Below, piece after piece: positions 1 to 9,134 of a stretch of DNA of 52,925 nt. The stretch spans positions 1 to 52,925 of the forward strand of contig SVSC01000002.1 in the NCBI GenBank assembly GCA_015064525.1, written 5' to 3'. How positions within the stretch are numbered: position 1 is the stretch's first letter; every line of letters begins with the position of its first letter. The DNA is from Oscillospiraceae bacterium (GTDB lineage: Bacteria > Bacillota > Clostridia > Oscillospirales > CAG-272). The notes beneath the pieces are model-generated. The model worked only from the letters and a program-made list of their open reading frames with translations, was not told where the DNA came from and ran no database searches. Position numbers and translations under genes: made by a program.

Positions 1-296
1 TCGGCAGAATAATAATCCTCCATATCTTTGGCAGAAGCGGTTGACAACTCTTCGGGCAAATAACCGCATTTATCCAAAGGTAACGCCTGATACAGTTCTT
101 CAAAGTTAGCAAAAATATGCAGCTCTTTAACGATGCACGTTAATGTAGCGGTTTCATCATTGGTATTTTTGAAAATCAATGTATCGCCGACGGAAATCAA
201 TTTCCTTTTTTCGTCTAATAATCGCAATTCAATGGTTTTTAGTCCTTTAGCAATCATTGAAAAGGGTTGTTCACGCAAATTAAGGTAATGTGTCAT
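1..296 (-). CDS. ASCH domain protein, partial (C-terminus lies beyond window start)
   Basis: Absent from the ORF track because it runs off the edge. ATG at 296-294 sits behind a GGAGA SD (acaggagataaacaATG). Translation MTHYLNLREQPFSMIAKGLKTIELRLLDEKRKLISVGDTLIFKN... fits the ASCH pattern G.KT.E.R..D.KR..I..GD.I.F. Confidence 0.55.
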   Translation of the reverse strand, partial: MTHYLNLREQPFSMIAKGLKTIELRLLDEKRKLISVGDTLIFKNTNDETATLTCIVKELHIFANFEELYQALPLDKCGYLPEELSTASAKDMEDYYSA

Positions 297-315
297 TGTT
301 TATCTCCTGTAGTCC

Positions 316-972
316 TCAAATAAGTTCTTTCAGTTTCTTTTCCGCTTCTGCGTACAGCTTGGGAGAGGTTTGGGGATATGTAAGCTCGGCAGGGAGAGTG
401 TCAAATACTTTGATTTCCTTCATTTCGCTTTCGGGAAGATCACCGAGCGAATGAACGACTGCAAGGAACACCATACCGTTTGAGCAAGATTGGCGGTTGA
501 AGCCCCAATAGTCGCACACGGGATAGATGTCTGCATCCTTTATTCCGCTTTCCTCAAAAAGCTCACGCCTTGCACCTTCAAGCGGAGTTTCGCCATTCTC
601 AATGTGACCGCCTTGTGTTTCCCAAGTGTCACGCTTCTTATGCCTTGAAAGTATCCACTTGCCCTGATATGATGTACAGATAACTGTGTACTTATATTTC
701 CCAAGATAGCCGAGGGGAAACAATCTGCATTGAAGCTCCTTGCGAATAACCTCACGGTCAATGAGTGGTGCGTTCAGATCTACGCCTAATTCCTTGCATT
801 TTTGTATTGCAAGCTCGTGTCCTTGCAAAGCTGCTTTTCTATACCAAAAAATTGATTGGTCTATATCAACCTCGTCGGCTTCAAAGTGCTTTGCGATATT
901 GTATTGAGCATCGCTGTCGCCGTTGTAAGCCAACAGGCGCAAAGCGGAGTCGTATAATTTTTCGTTTGCCAT
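316..972 (-). CDS. NUDIX hydrolase with N-terminal Sel1/TPR-like repeat
   Basis: Nudix box GGHIENGETPLEGARRELFEESGI (GX5EX7REUXEEXGU). The first ~60 aa (DAQYNIAKHF...WYRKAALQGHELAIQK) look like one Sel1 repeat. ATG at 972 with an AAGGG SD. Confidence 0.8.
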   Translation of the reverse strand: MANEKLYDSALRLLAYNGDSDAQYNIAKHFEADEVDIDQSIFWYRKAALQGHELAIQKCKELGVDLNAPLIDREVIRKELQCRLFPLGYLGKYKYTVICTSYQGKWILSRHKKRDTWETQGGHIENGETPLEGARRELFEESGIKDADIYPVCDYWGFNRQSCSNGMVFLAVVHSLGDLPESEMKEIKVFDTLPAELTYPQTSPKLYAEAEKKLKELI

Positions 973-1034
973 AATTAACCCTTAAAATAGAAAAGCCATT
1001 CAACAAAAAGGCACAGTACGCCCACGTTAATTAC

Positions 1035-1063
1035 AGTATAGCATATATTCCGGGCATTTTCAA
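1035..1063 (-). promoter_or_regulatory. sigmaA-type promoter for the NUDIX gene
   Basis: Minus strand reads TTGAAA-17 nt-TGcTATACT (extended -10), about 60 nt upstream of the ATG at 972. Confidence 0.55.
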
Positions 1064-1088
1064 TATTTTTCCGAATATTTATTGATAA

Positions 1089-1132
1089 AAGCGGAACAAG
1101 CGAGGAAAATAAACCGCTCGCTTGCTCCGCTT
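1089..1132 (-). terminator. hairpin terminator after the 874-aa surface protein gene
   Basis: 16-bp stem aagcggaacaagcgag / ctcgcttgctccgctt with one mismatch, directly after the stop at 1145. The trailing U tract on the minus strand is short (ttatcaat). Confidence 0.45.
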
Positions 1133-1144
1133 GAATTTCTATTT

Positions 1145-3742
1145 TCAGATGCCCTGCTGTCGCCTGCGACGAACGCAAACAAACATCACAGCAAGAACAA
1201 ACAGCAACCATCCGTAACCGCGCACAGCGCTTCCGCATCCCAATTTTTCCGTAGCAGGAGCATCTGTTTGCTCCTCTGCGGTCGGTTCTCCCGCGCTCGG
1301 GGACGTGACGGGATGTGTTTCCTCCTCGGTGGGGACGCTTTCTCCCGTTACCGCTCCCGTGTTCTCCTCGCTGCCCACAGTTTTCCAGCTGCCAAGATCA
1401 ACGGAAAATTGATTTTCGGTCAGGAAGTGCTTTTCATGAATGGTGGAGTAGGTTTCCACGTAAATCTCTTTGCCGTCCTCGGAAAAATAAAGCATTGTGA
1501 TCATTCCTGTGGCGCCGAGATCACCATCCACACCCTGCGGGTCGATCAGCATTTGCGTTACGGTGTTTCCGTGATCACCCGTGATCTGGGAGGTGATCAC
1601 GTAGTCGCTGGCGATATGACCCGAAATCACCAAAAAAATATTTTCATACTTGGTAATCAGCTTTTGGCGGATATCCTCGCCATTGTTTGCGCCCGGAATA
1701 TAGATCTCGGGTGCATAGGCATCATGCGAATCCAGGGTTGTACCGTCGCCGTAGAGATAGGCATGCGTGGTGACGATCACGCGATGGTTGGGGTGCGCCT
1801 CAATTACCGAGCCTGCCCATTCCAGAACGTCATCCGACGCACCAAAATCCAAGGTGACCATCAAATAATCCACGCCGCCCACGTTGATGGCGCGCCATGA
1901 ATTTTCAATCGTAGATCCATAAAAGCCTCCAAACTGCTTTTTATAGTCATTGTTGTTGAAATAGAAGTTAAAATTCTCGCTACCGTCATGGTTTCCGCGA
2001 ATTATAGAATACGGAACCACTCCGTCCAGTAAGGAAATGGCGTCCTGCGCCACGCCCCACTCCCGCACGTTATCCGTATCGGTGATGTCGCCAAGACCGA
2101 AAACGTACCCGATCTTCTTGGGCTCCACGTTCCGCAGAATCCAGCGATAGAGTGTGTACAGTTTCTCCGAAGCATGATTGGTAACCTTTTGAGTATCTCC
2201 CACCACGCAGAAGGAATAAGCATAATCCGCAACGGACTCATGATCCACAAAATAGACCTTCGGGCTCCAATCGGCATATTCTCCCGATGCTGCGAGACTA
2301 TCGTTTTTGGTTGCAATTGTGAGATCGTCTACCTCAAATTCGCAGGAGCTATAGCGGAAAAGGCGGAACAGATCAATATTATGGAAGCGGATGCCCGCAT
2401 CAACCGTTTGGATCGCTTTCCCATTGATCATTACGGTGTAGGAATCAATGGCGCCCTTCTCTCCCGTGATGGAGTTTACGTTTTTGTTATAATGAAAAGC
2501 GATCTCCATCAGCGTCCATTCGTCCTTTTTGAACTCATACTCGGGATAAGAAACACCGCTGATCCGCAATCGACCGTTCATAATATGCACCCGATCCTCA
2601 GATTTCTGATAGTCGGTATTCCGCCACGAAAACTTCATTTCGATGTTTGACATTTTGGGCTTGACCTTGAAGGAAAGAATAAAATCACGCGCAAGATTCA
2701 GCTCCGTTCCGCTGTTGTTGAAGCGCAGATCAATATAATCATAGCTCAGGCGATCCAAATATTTCAGCGTGCCATCCTCCAGCGTGTAGGTGCTTCCGTT
2801 CTCATTGCAAACGAACAGCCCCTTTGCAGCCGCAATGGATGCGGGAGAACCCGAGGTGTTCACCGAGCCCTTGGAGAAGTCCTCTCGGAACAAAATCTGC
2901 TGCTCGGCAGGCTCCTCATCGGAGGGCTCCTCCGGCTCCGGCTCAGCGGGAGGCGTAAGATCGGTAATATCCATCAACGAGGTGCTTCCAACCGCCACCC
3001 GAACGTCATCAATTTCAAGCTCGCAATCACCGCTATAGCGGAAGCATCGGAAACTCTCGATGTTCTGGAATTTTACTGCCGTTTCCTGGGTATAAAGCGC
3101 AACGCCATTCACCATCACCGTGTAGGAAACGATTGCTCCCTTGCCGATGGAGGGATCGATTGCGTAATAATCGGGAATTGCTTCGGGGTCATAATTGAAG
3201 GCAATTTCAACCAACGACCACTGATTCGCCGGCAATGCCTTTTCCGCTTTGAGGGTGGAGCTTTCACCACGATACGTATAGAAGGAGCCCCCCGCCACAC
3301 GAAGCTGATTGGTTTCATTGCCCGATGAGCCGGATGCGCCCTCGGAATTGCTGTACCAAGCAAATCTGCCAAGGTTTGCCGATTCGTCGGGCTTCACCTT
3401 GAAGGAAAAAATAAAATCACGGCGAAGGTTCAGGACAGAGTTATAAATCGAACGGAATCGAACGTCCAAAAAGTCGTCGTCCTTTTTCGGGGTATATTGC
3501 AGGTAGCCGTTTTTCGTGGTAACAGAGCTTCCCGAGGAAATATTCGCCCACACACCGTTGCTTTCCTTCACTGCGCTATCCTTGGAGCTGGTGTTGATCA
3601 CTCCGGAGAAATCCTCACTCCAAAGAATTCGCTCGGCATTGGGCGTAACCGTTGCGGCAAAAACCGTTACAGATGGAGCTAAAACCGACAGAAAAAGCGC
3701 TAAAACTAAAAATGATAAAATCTTTTTTGTTTTTTTCTTCAT
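1145..3742 (-). CDS. cell-surface protein: signal peptide, 2 LamG/ConA-like modules, calcineurin-like metallophosphoesterase, GCG-type C-terminal anchor
   Basis: Signal peptide MKKKTKKILSFLVLALFLSVLAPSVTVFA. Two ~230-aa paralogous modules carry DFIFSFKVKP/DFILSFKVKP, VEIAF/MEIAF, YTVMVNG/YTVMINGK and FRCFRY/FRLFRY. Metallophosphoesterase motifs are VVGDTQ, GLGDITD, RGNHD, TTHAYL and SGHI. The tail is TEKLGCGSAV + hydrophobic helix + RRRRQQGI. The ORF-track start at 3769 is a TTG; ATG 3742 is preferred. Confidence 0.8.
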   Translation of the reverse strand: MKKKTKKILSFLVLALFLSVLAPSVTVFAATVTPNAERILWSEDFSGVINTSSKDSAVKESNGVWANISSGSSVTTKNGYLQYTPKKDDDFLDVRFRSIYNSVLNLRRDFIFSFKVKPDESANLGRFAWYSNSEGASGSSGNETNQLRVAGGSFYTYRGESSTLKAEKALPANQWSLVEIAFNYDPEAIPDYYAIDPSIGKGAIVSYTVMVNGVALYTQETAVKFQNIESFRCFRYSGDCELEIDDVRVAVGSTSLMDITDLTPPAEPEPEEPSDEEPAEQQILFREDFSKGSVNTSGSPASIAAAKGLFVCNENGSTYTLEDGTLKYLDRLSYDYIDLRFNNSGTELNLARDFILSFKVKPKMSNIEMKFSWRNTDYQKSEDRVHIMNGRLRISGVSYPEYEFKKDEWTLMEIAFHYNKNVNSITGEKGAIDSYTVMINGKAIQTVDAGIRFHNIDLFRLFRYSSCEFEVDDLTIATKNDSLAASGEYADWSPKVYFVDHESVADYAYSFCVVGDTQKVTNHASEKLYTLYRWILRNVEPKKIGYVFGLGDITDTDNVREWGVAQDAISLLDGVVPYSIIRGNHDGSENFNFYFNNNDYKKQFGGFYGSTIENSWRAINVGGVDYLMVTLDFGASDDVLEWAGSVIEAHPNHRVIVTTHAYLYGDGTTLDSHDAYAPEIYIPGANNGEDIRQKLITKYENIFLVISGHIASDYVITSQITGDHGNTVTQMLIDPQGVDGDLGATGMITMLYFSEDGKEIYVETYSTIHEKHFLTENQFSVDLGSWKTVGSEENTGAVTGESVPTEEETHPVTSPSAGEPTAEEQTDAPATEKLGCGSAVRGYGWLLFVLAVMFVCVRRRRQQGI

Positions 3743-3765
3743 TTTAATTCCGAGTGCCTCCAATG

Positions 3766-4614
3766 TCAATATTCATGAAAAAAAGGGCGCTCTTCGTCGG
3801 CAATATTGGGGCGATGAAGCGAGATCATGCGGGTGCCGTCCAGACGTTGAAAAATCATGGCGTGACCACCATCGAAGGAAAATTTGCTTTCCCCATGCTT
3901 CCACTCCCCGCGAAGGGAGTTGCTTTCCGATTCCAGAACAAGATACCGCCCCTGATAGAAGGATGACCAGGTCATACACAGCCGTTCCCCTTCCCGATAC
4001 AGAAAGGGCCCGTCGGTAACGTAAACTCCCGCTCTTCCGCGATGCTCGCTGACACAGGGATGATCCGAGGCGCGAAAGAGCAGAAAATGCTCCCCTGCCG
4101 CCTGCTTCAGATCCTGCGTGAGCGGCATTGCCCAGATCTCTCCGTTGCCAACCTGTGTCCATTCATGGCAAAAAACAATATAGGGGATCCCATCCTCCAC
4201 CCAAAAGGTTCCATCCAAGCACTCCCATTCTCTGGGTGTGATGGGTTGCTCCGTGAGAGGTGTGAATTCACCGTTGGGGGTGTCGCTGACAAAGATCTGC
4301 GTTCCCCTGAGCTGATCAGCAGACCGACAGCTACCGAACAGATAGAACCTTCCGTTATAGAAATGCACCTCCGGCGCCCAGAAATCACGGTCTGCCCAGA
4401 AGCCGATCTTGGCGCCGTCGAAGATCACCTTGGGACCTTCAAAATACTCCAGATCCTTGGAGCGGTAGACCGCGAAGCGCGCGCCCGCCGCAAGGCTCCC
4501 CGGTTCAAGCTCGGTGGTGCCGTACATATAGTAGCATTCCTGCTCATGATCGGTGTAGATAAAAGGATCTCTGATCCTAATGTCATTTCTATGTATCATA
4601 TTGTTTGTCCTCAT
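3766..4614 (-). CDS. glycoside hydrolase family 43 (arabinofuranosidase/xylosidase-like), cytoplasmic
   Basis: IRIRDPFIY, WAPEVHFYNGRFYLF and other GH43 propeller signatures. No signal peptide. ATGA overlap with the upstream GH2 gene. Confidence 0.8.
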   Translation of the reverse strand: MRTNNMIHRNDIRIRDPFIYTDHEQECYYMYGTTELEPGSLAAGARFAVYRSKDLEYFEGPKVIFDGAKIGFWADRDFWAPEVHFYNGRFYLFGSCRSADQLRGTQIFVSDTPNGEFTPLTEQPITPREWECLDGTFWVEDGIPYIVFCHEWTQVGNGEIWAMPLTQDLKQAAGEHFLLFRASDHPCVSEHRGRAGVYVTDGPFLYREGERLCMTWSSFYQGRYLVLESESNSLRGEWKHGESKFSFDGGHAMIFQRLDGTRMISLHRPNIADEERPFFHEY

Positions 4615-6284
4615 TTAATATTCTTCCACCGCTCGCGCAAATATCGCGCGCCTGATTTTGGCTGCCGATCCTTGGTGAAAACGCCCTTGCGATTGCCACG
4701 CACTCTTGTGAGCCCCTGCTTGGTTTTGAAATCGGCAAACGCCCACGGATGCTCACCGATGCAGAAGGGACAAGCATCAAATGCCTTGCCGCACGCTTCA
4801 AAATATGCCCATTGGAACTCCTCGGAAAAGCTCTCGGCAGGAAGAGCGTGCAAGCCCTCCACCGTATCGCATCCGAATTCGGTGACAAGGATCGGCCTTT
4901 GATACCGATCATGCCACCCACAAAGCTCGTTTTTCATTTGCTCCTCGATCACGGAAAGATCGCCGTGGTCATAGTACCATCCAAAGTAGCGATTGATGCA
5001 GATCACATCGGCAAACTGCGAAGCAAGCGTCTCCTCCGCATGATAAAACTCCACAACGGTTATGGGAAGCGCCCAAAGCTCTCGGGCGTAGCCCATCACG
5101 TTTTCAAAATACGCCTTAGCAGGCGCCTCGTTGGTTGCCGCCTCATTGGCAACACTCACCATTACCACCGAGGGGTGGTTTTTATCCCGCGCGTGGAGCC
5201 GTTTGATCAGCTCGCGGTGCAACGCAAGGGTGGTGTCATCAATTCCGTTTTCTCCGTAATTCTCCTCCCACCAGTTCATGCCAACCGCGGGAACCTCATC
5301 AATCACCAAAATACCGTACTCATCTGCCAAGGAAAGAATTTCCTCGCTGTAAGGATAATGGCTGGTACGGATGGAATTGGCGTGAATCCACTTCAAAAGC
5401 TCAAAATTGCGAATATTCACCGCTCCGTTGTTGCCCTTTCCCAACAGGAAAAAGTCCTCATGCATCCCAAAGCCCTTAAAATAGATCGGCTCGCCGTTGA
5501 GCAGGAAGGAATCGCCCTTCACCTCCACCCGCCGAATTCCAAAGCGCTCCTCATAACGGTCTGATTCGGTTTCCACCGCAAGCGTGTAGAGATAAGGGGA
5601 TGCCGGCGACCACAACATGGGCTCGGAGATCCAAAGCTCTCCGCCATCCGATTCGGCAACCGCTTTTCCATCCCGATCCAACACAGTCAGATGCAAGCGC
5701 TTGCAGGAGGTATGAACCTCTGCGCGAACTCTGTGATAGTTGCCTCCCACAACGGTTTGAATGATAACATCCTGAATACAGCGTTTCGGTCGGGTGTAAA
5801 TCAGAACATCACGATGGATGCCTGTGAAATTATAGAAATCATGGTTGATGATCTGCCGCTCCTTCTTCAGGCGACCTGCGGGGAAGGTATGGTTGGTGAG
5901 ACGATTGTCGATCACCACGGTAAGTCGGTTTTTTTCCGAAAGCTTTTCCAGCTGCAGATCAACGGGATCATAACCGTTGATCCCCTCTCCCAGCTTTTCT
6001 CCGTTGAGAAAGACCTCACACCGATGGCTCACAGCGCCCAATCGCAGCCGATACTCACATTCGGGAAGCTGCGGAATTGAGAACTCTCGCTCGTAGACCA
6101 CCCTTCCAACGTGATTGGAAATACTCGGATCGGTAACCAGCTCATTCATGCTGGCGGGAACCGCCGTGAGACCGCCCCCCTGCAAGGGGGTTGCCGGGGA
6201 GTAGGAATCCCCCACTGCCTCGAAACGCCAGATCCCATTCAGATTCGTTACCCAGCGGTAACGGTTGGATTGCGGATATAACAT
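4611..6284 (-). CDS. glycoside hydrolase family 2, beta-glucuronidase-like
   Basis: NHPSVVMVSVANE (acid/base Glu region) and LVTEFG (nucleophile region). The N-terminus MLYPQSNRYRWVTNLNGIWRF resembles UidA-type enzymes. GAGAGG SD. Confidence 0.8.
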   Translation of the reverse strand: MLYPQSNRYRWVTNLNGIWRFEAVGDSYSPATPLQGGGLTAVPASMNELVTDPSISNHVGRVVYEREFSIPQLPECEYRLRLGAVSHRCEVFLNGEKLGEGINGYDPVDLQLEKLSEKNRLTVVIDNRLTNHTFPAGRLKKERQIINHDFYNFTGIHRDVLIYTRPKRCIQDVIIQTVVGGNYHRVRAEVHTSCKRLHLTVLDRDGKAVAESDGGELWISEPMLWSPASPYLYTLAVETESDRYEERFGIRRVEVKGDSFLLNGEPIYFKGFGMHEDFFLLGKGNNGAVNIRNFELLKWIHANSIRTSHYPYSEEILSLADEYGILVIDEVPAVGMNWWEENYGENGIDDTTLALHRELIKRLHARDKNHPSVVMVSVANEAATNEAPAKAYFENVMGYARELWALPITVVEFYHAEETLASQFADVICINRYFGWYYDHGDLSVIEEQMKNELCGWHDRYQRPILVTEFGCDTVEGLHALPAESFSEEFQWAYFEACGKAFDACPFCIGEHPWAFADFKTKQGLTRVRGNRKGVFTKDRQPKSGARYLRERWKNIK

Positions 6285-6307
6285 ACAGAACCTCTCTGAC
6301 TGAAATT

Positions 6308-7483
6308 TTAGGTCAACAAATTCTTTTCCTGCAGAAAAAGCCTCAGCTTTCGCGCGGCGATCAGGTGACCGTCCTCGGTGGGATGTCCGTTCCCCCCCTG
6401 TCGGTCACGGTTCAGCTCGCACAGATAGAGCCCCGCGCCCTCACCGCCCAAGGCTTCGATCGCCTCGCGGATCCACGGGATCACGTTGTTGTCGCCCATC
6501 ATATTGTAAGTCCAAACAATATTCACCCTGCCGTATTTCTCCCGAACCATACCGATCAAACAGGTGACGCCTTCCATCACCGCGGCCTTGGCAGAGCCCT
6601 TGGTTTGATCGTTGGTGCCCAGATTGATCACCACAAGATCGGGGGTTCTTGAAAAATCGTAAACGATTGCGCTGTTGCGGTAGTAGGACTGCATGGGATA
6701 AAAATCGGTTGCCTTGAAGGAGGTAAAGCCCTTGTCAAGCCCTACTCCGCTGCAGCTCACAATTGAGCAATCGGCACCGAGCGCCTCGGAGGTGAGATAG
6801 GCAAAGGCTATGGTTCCGTCCTCATAGAGCGCGGTGCCTTGACCTTGTTCGCCGTTGAGGCAGAGATTCCCATGACCGCAAAGGATGCTGTCGCCAATGA
6901 ACTCAATGTAGGTGTCCGACTCCGCGGGCTTCTCCCCCAGCTCCCCCAAAAAGCTGAGCGATTGGAACAAGCAAAGAGAAAACTGCGCTTCGGTCTGCTT
7001 CAAAACACGAACGGTATGGAATTGTCCGTCGGAGAAGTTGGCAAGCGTCAGCGTTGCGGAGCCCACCGGCGCGTAAAAGCGCTGTTCCTGACGCACGCCA
7101 TCGATCCAAACGGTGAAGTAGGCGTCCTTGGTTGGCTGCACCTTCAATTCAACCGCACCCTCCGCGCAAACCGAAAATTCAATGCCCGACGCGGTAAAGT
7201 CACAAGCAAGACCGCCCGAAACGAGCTGTGTTCTTCCATGCAGCTTCAGCTTGTCATAGATCTCCGAAATGGGATAGGTTACCGCCATCGGTCGGGGCTC
7301 TTCGGTTTGGGGCGCAGTCGTCTGCTCTGTTTTCGGTTCGGTTGCTTGCGTGGGGCTTGAATCGGCAGACGCCGTGGGTTCGGCGTTTTCGTTTGCCCCG
7401 TTGGATGCTCCGCAAGCGGTTGACAACAAAAGAATCAACGCCGTGATCGATAAGCACATGATTCGAAGTAACATTCTTTTCAT
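6308..7483 (-). CDS. SGNH/GDSL esterase lipoprotein with N-terminal beta-sandwich (CE2-like acetyl esterase)
   Basis: Lipobox LLLSTAC. SGNH blocks IEFIGDSILCG, NLGTND and GHPTEDGH sit behind a ~150-aa N-terminal domain, as in carbohydrate esterase family 2. Confidence 0.65.
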   Translation of the reverse strand: MKRMLLRIMCLSITALILLLSTACGASNGANENAEPTASADSSPTQATEPKTEQTTAPQTEEPRPMAVTYPISEIYDKLKLHGRTQLVSGGLACDFTASGIEFSVCAEGAVELKVQPTKDAYFTVWIDGVRQEQRFYAPVGSATLTLANFSDGQFHTVRVLKQTEAQFSLCLFQSLSFLGELGEKPAESDTYIEFIGDSILCGHGNLCLNGEQGQGTALYEDGTIAFAYLTSEALGADCSIVSCSGVGLDKGFTSFKATDFYPMQSYYRNSAIVYDFSRTPDLVVINLGTNDQTKGSAKAAVMEGVTCLIGMVREKYGRVNIVWTYNMMGDNNVIPWIREAIEALGGEGAGLYLCELNRDRQGGNGHPTEDGHLIAARKLRLFLQEKNLLT

Positions 7484-7604
7484 ATCGCAAGATTCTCCTT
7501 TTCAATTGGTGAAAAAGGCAACAGAAGGTCCGAAAAGACACTCTGTTGCCTTTTATACTGCGTATCTTTTTCGATTCGCTCATGGCGCCCCGAAAGCGAC
7601 GCTT

Positions 7605-9134
7605 TTAGCCGGCGTCTTTAAAATATGTTTGTCTGATCTCCGTAAGCTTGGTTTCAGCCTTATCAAAAAGAGATGTGTAGTTGGAGGAAAGGCGGTTGGA
7701 TTCCATCAAGGCGGTGGAAGAGATCAACTTGCCCATACCGCCCGGATTGTAGAGTCCGAAATAGTCCTTCACCGCGGTTCTGAGGATGATATCGATAACC
7801 TGTCCCGCGCGGCTCTCGCGAACGTACTGGAGCTTCAAAGCCTCCTCTAAGAACGGGAGGGTTACGGTGCGGTAGGACTGCGCGCAAAGCGCCTCGATCA
7901 CGATAGAGGTAAATTCGGTGTCTCTACAGGTTGTGGGGATCACCACAAAGGTGGAGGATTCCTGAATTTCGGAGAGATAGTCCTTTTGAGAAAGATCCAG
8001 CTTGGGAGACGGCAGAATACCGAAATTCTCCTCCATGTTACGCATGGGTTCCTGGGAGATCGCCTTGAGCTGTCCTTCATAGAACAGAATGTTACCGTTC
8101 ACAAAGGAAACGCTGGGAACAAGATAATCCGCGGGCTCATAATAAACGCCGGGATTCTCGAAGAGCAATTCGATCATCGCGTCAACAGCTTTGGAGGCTC
8201 TCTCCAGATCAACATCAACGATCACGTAGCCGTTATCATCACGGCTCCAACGGCGAACGTCGAAGCCGTATTCCACAGCCTTGACACGAACGGGGTTACC
8301 AATGGCAAAGCCGATAAAATCTTCTCTCAGATCCAAGCCGTCGCCGTTCAGATCGCTGTAGGATTCCGCCGCCTTTTCAGCCAGCACCTCCATGGTCCAA
8401 CCGCCTGCGATAACCAGGTCGTAGAGTCCGTCCAAGCCTTCCTCATAGCGCTTCGCGTACTCATCGGAGTTCACGTAGAAGGCACCCGCCTTGGTATAGG
8501 TGGTAAGGGTAATATCGCCGCAGAGGTACAGCAGATACTTGCCGTTATAGGACTGCGCCTCCATGGCGTCCCGCTTCCACCAAGGCTCCTCCAGCGAGAG
8601 ATACTCGTATTGGCTCACGTCACTGAAAAACAAATATTCCACGCCGGATGCAATCGCGCTGTTTCCCATGGTATAGATAAAATCAAACTCAGAGGTCTGA
8701 GAGTTTCCGAACACATTCAACTCCTGCGCGTACTCACCGAAACGGGTGGTATCGGACAATTTGTTTTGAATGGTGATATCCAGTCGCTCCTCCACAGCCA
8801 TATTTCGCTTGTAGATCAGGTCGCCAACCTTATCACCGGTAAGTTCACCGTAGCCATTGGTGTCAACCTCAAAATTTTCGTAGAAGGAATACGTGGTGAT
8901 CTCCTCTCCGGAAAATTTGGTACTGACCCATTCGGGAAGATTGTCCTTTTCAAGGGCGCGCAACTCGGCATCCGTCAGCTTTTCGTTGGGATCGCGCTCC
9001 TTGGTGATCGCAGGCTTTGTTTCATTAACAGACCCTTTCTCGTTCCCGCATGCGGTAAACAGAGGCAGGCACAGTACAAGAGCAAGCATCAGAAGCGCAA
9101 TTCTGACAATGACTTTATTTGCGTTCATATTCAA
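7605..9134 (-). CDS. extracellular solute-binding lipoprotein (large family-1 ABC SBP type)
   Basis: Lipobox LPLFTAC. About 500 aa with sugar-SBP-like composition. ATGA overlap with the upstream gene. No permease or ATPase genes anywhere in the window. Confidence 0.6.
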   Translation of the reverse strand: MNMNANKVIVRIALLMLALVLCLPLFTACGNEKGSVNETKPAITKERDPNEKLTDAELRALEKDNLPEWVSTKFSGEEITTYSFYENFEVDTNGYGELTGDKVGDLIYKRNMAVEERLDITIQNKLSDTTRFGEYAQELNVFGNSQTSEFDFIYTMGNSAIASGVEYLFFSDVSQYEYLSLEEPWWKRDAMEAQSYNGKYLLYLCGDITLTTYTKAGAFYVNSDEYAKRYEEGLDGLYDLVIAGGWTMEVLAEKAAESYSDLNGDGLDLREDFIGFAIGNPVRVKAVEYGFDVRRWSRDDNGYVIVDVDLERASKAVDAMIELLFENPGVYYEPADYLVPSVSFVNGNILFYEGQLKAISQEPMRNMEENFGILPSPKLDLSQKDYLSEIQESSTFVVIPTTCRDTEFTSIVIEALCAQSYRTVTLPFLEEALKLQYVRESRAGQVIDIILRTAVKDYFGLYNPGGMGKLISSTALMESNRLSSNYTSLFDKAETKLTEIRQTYFKDAG

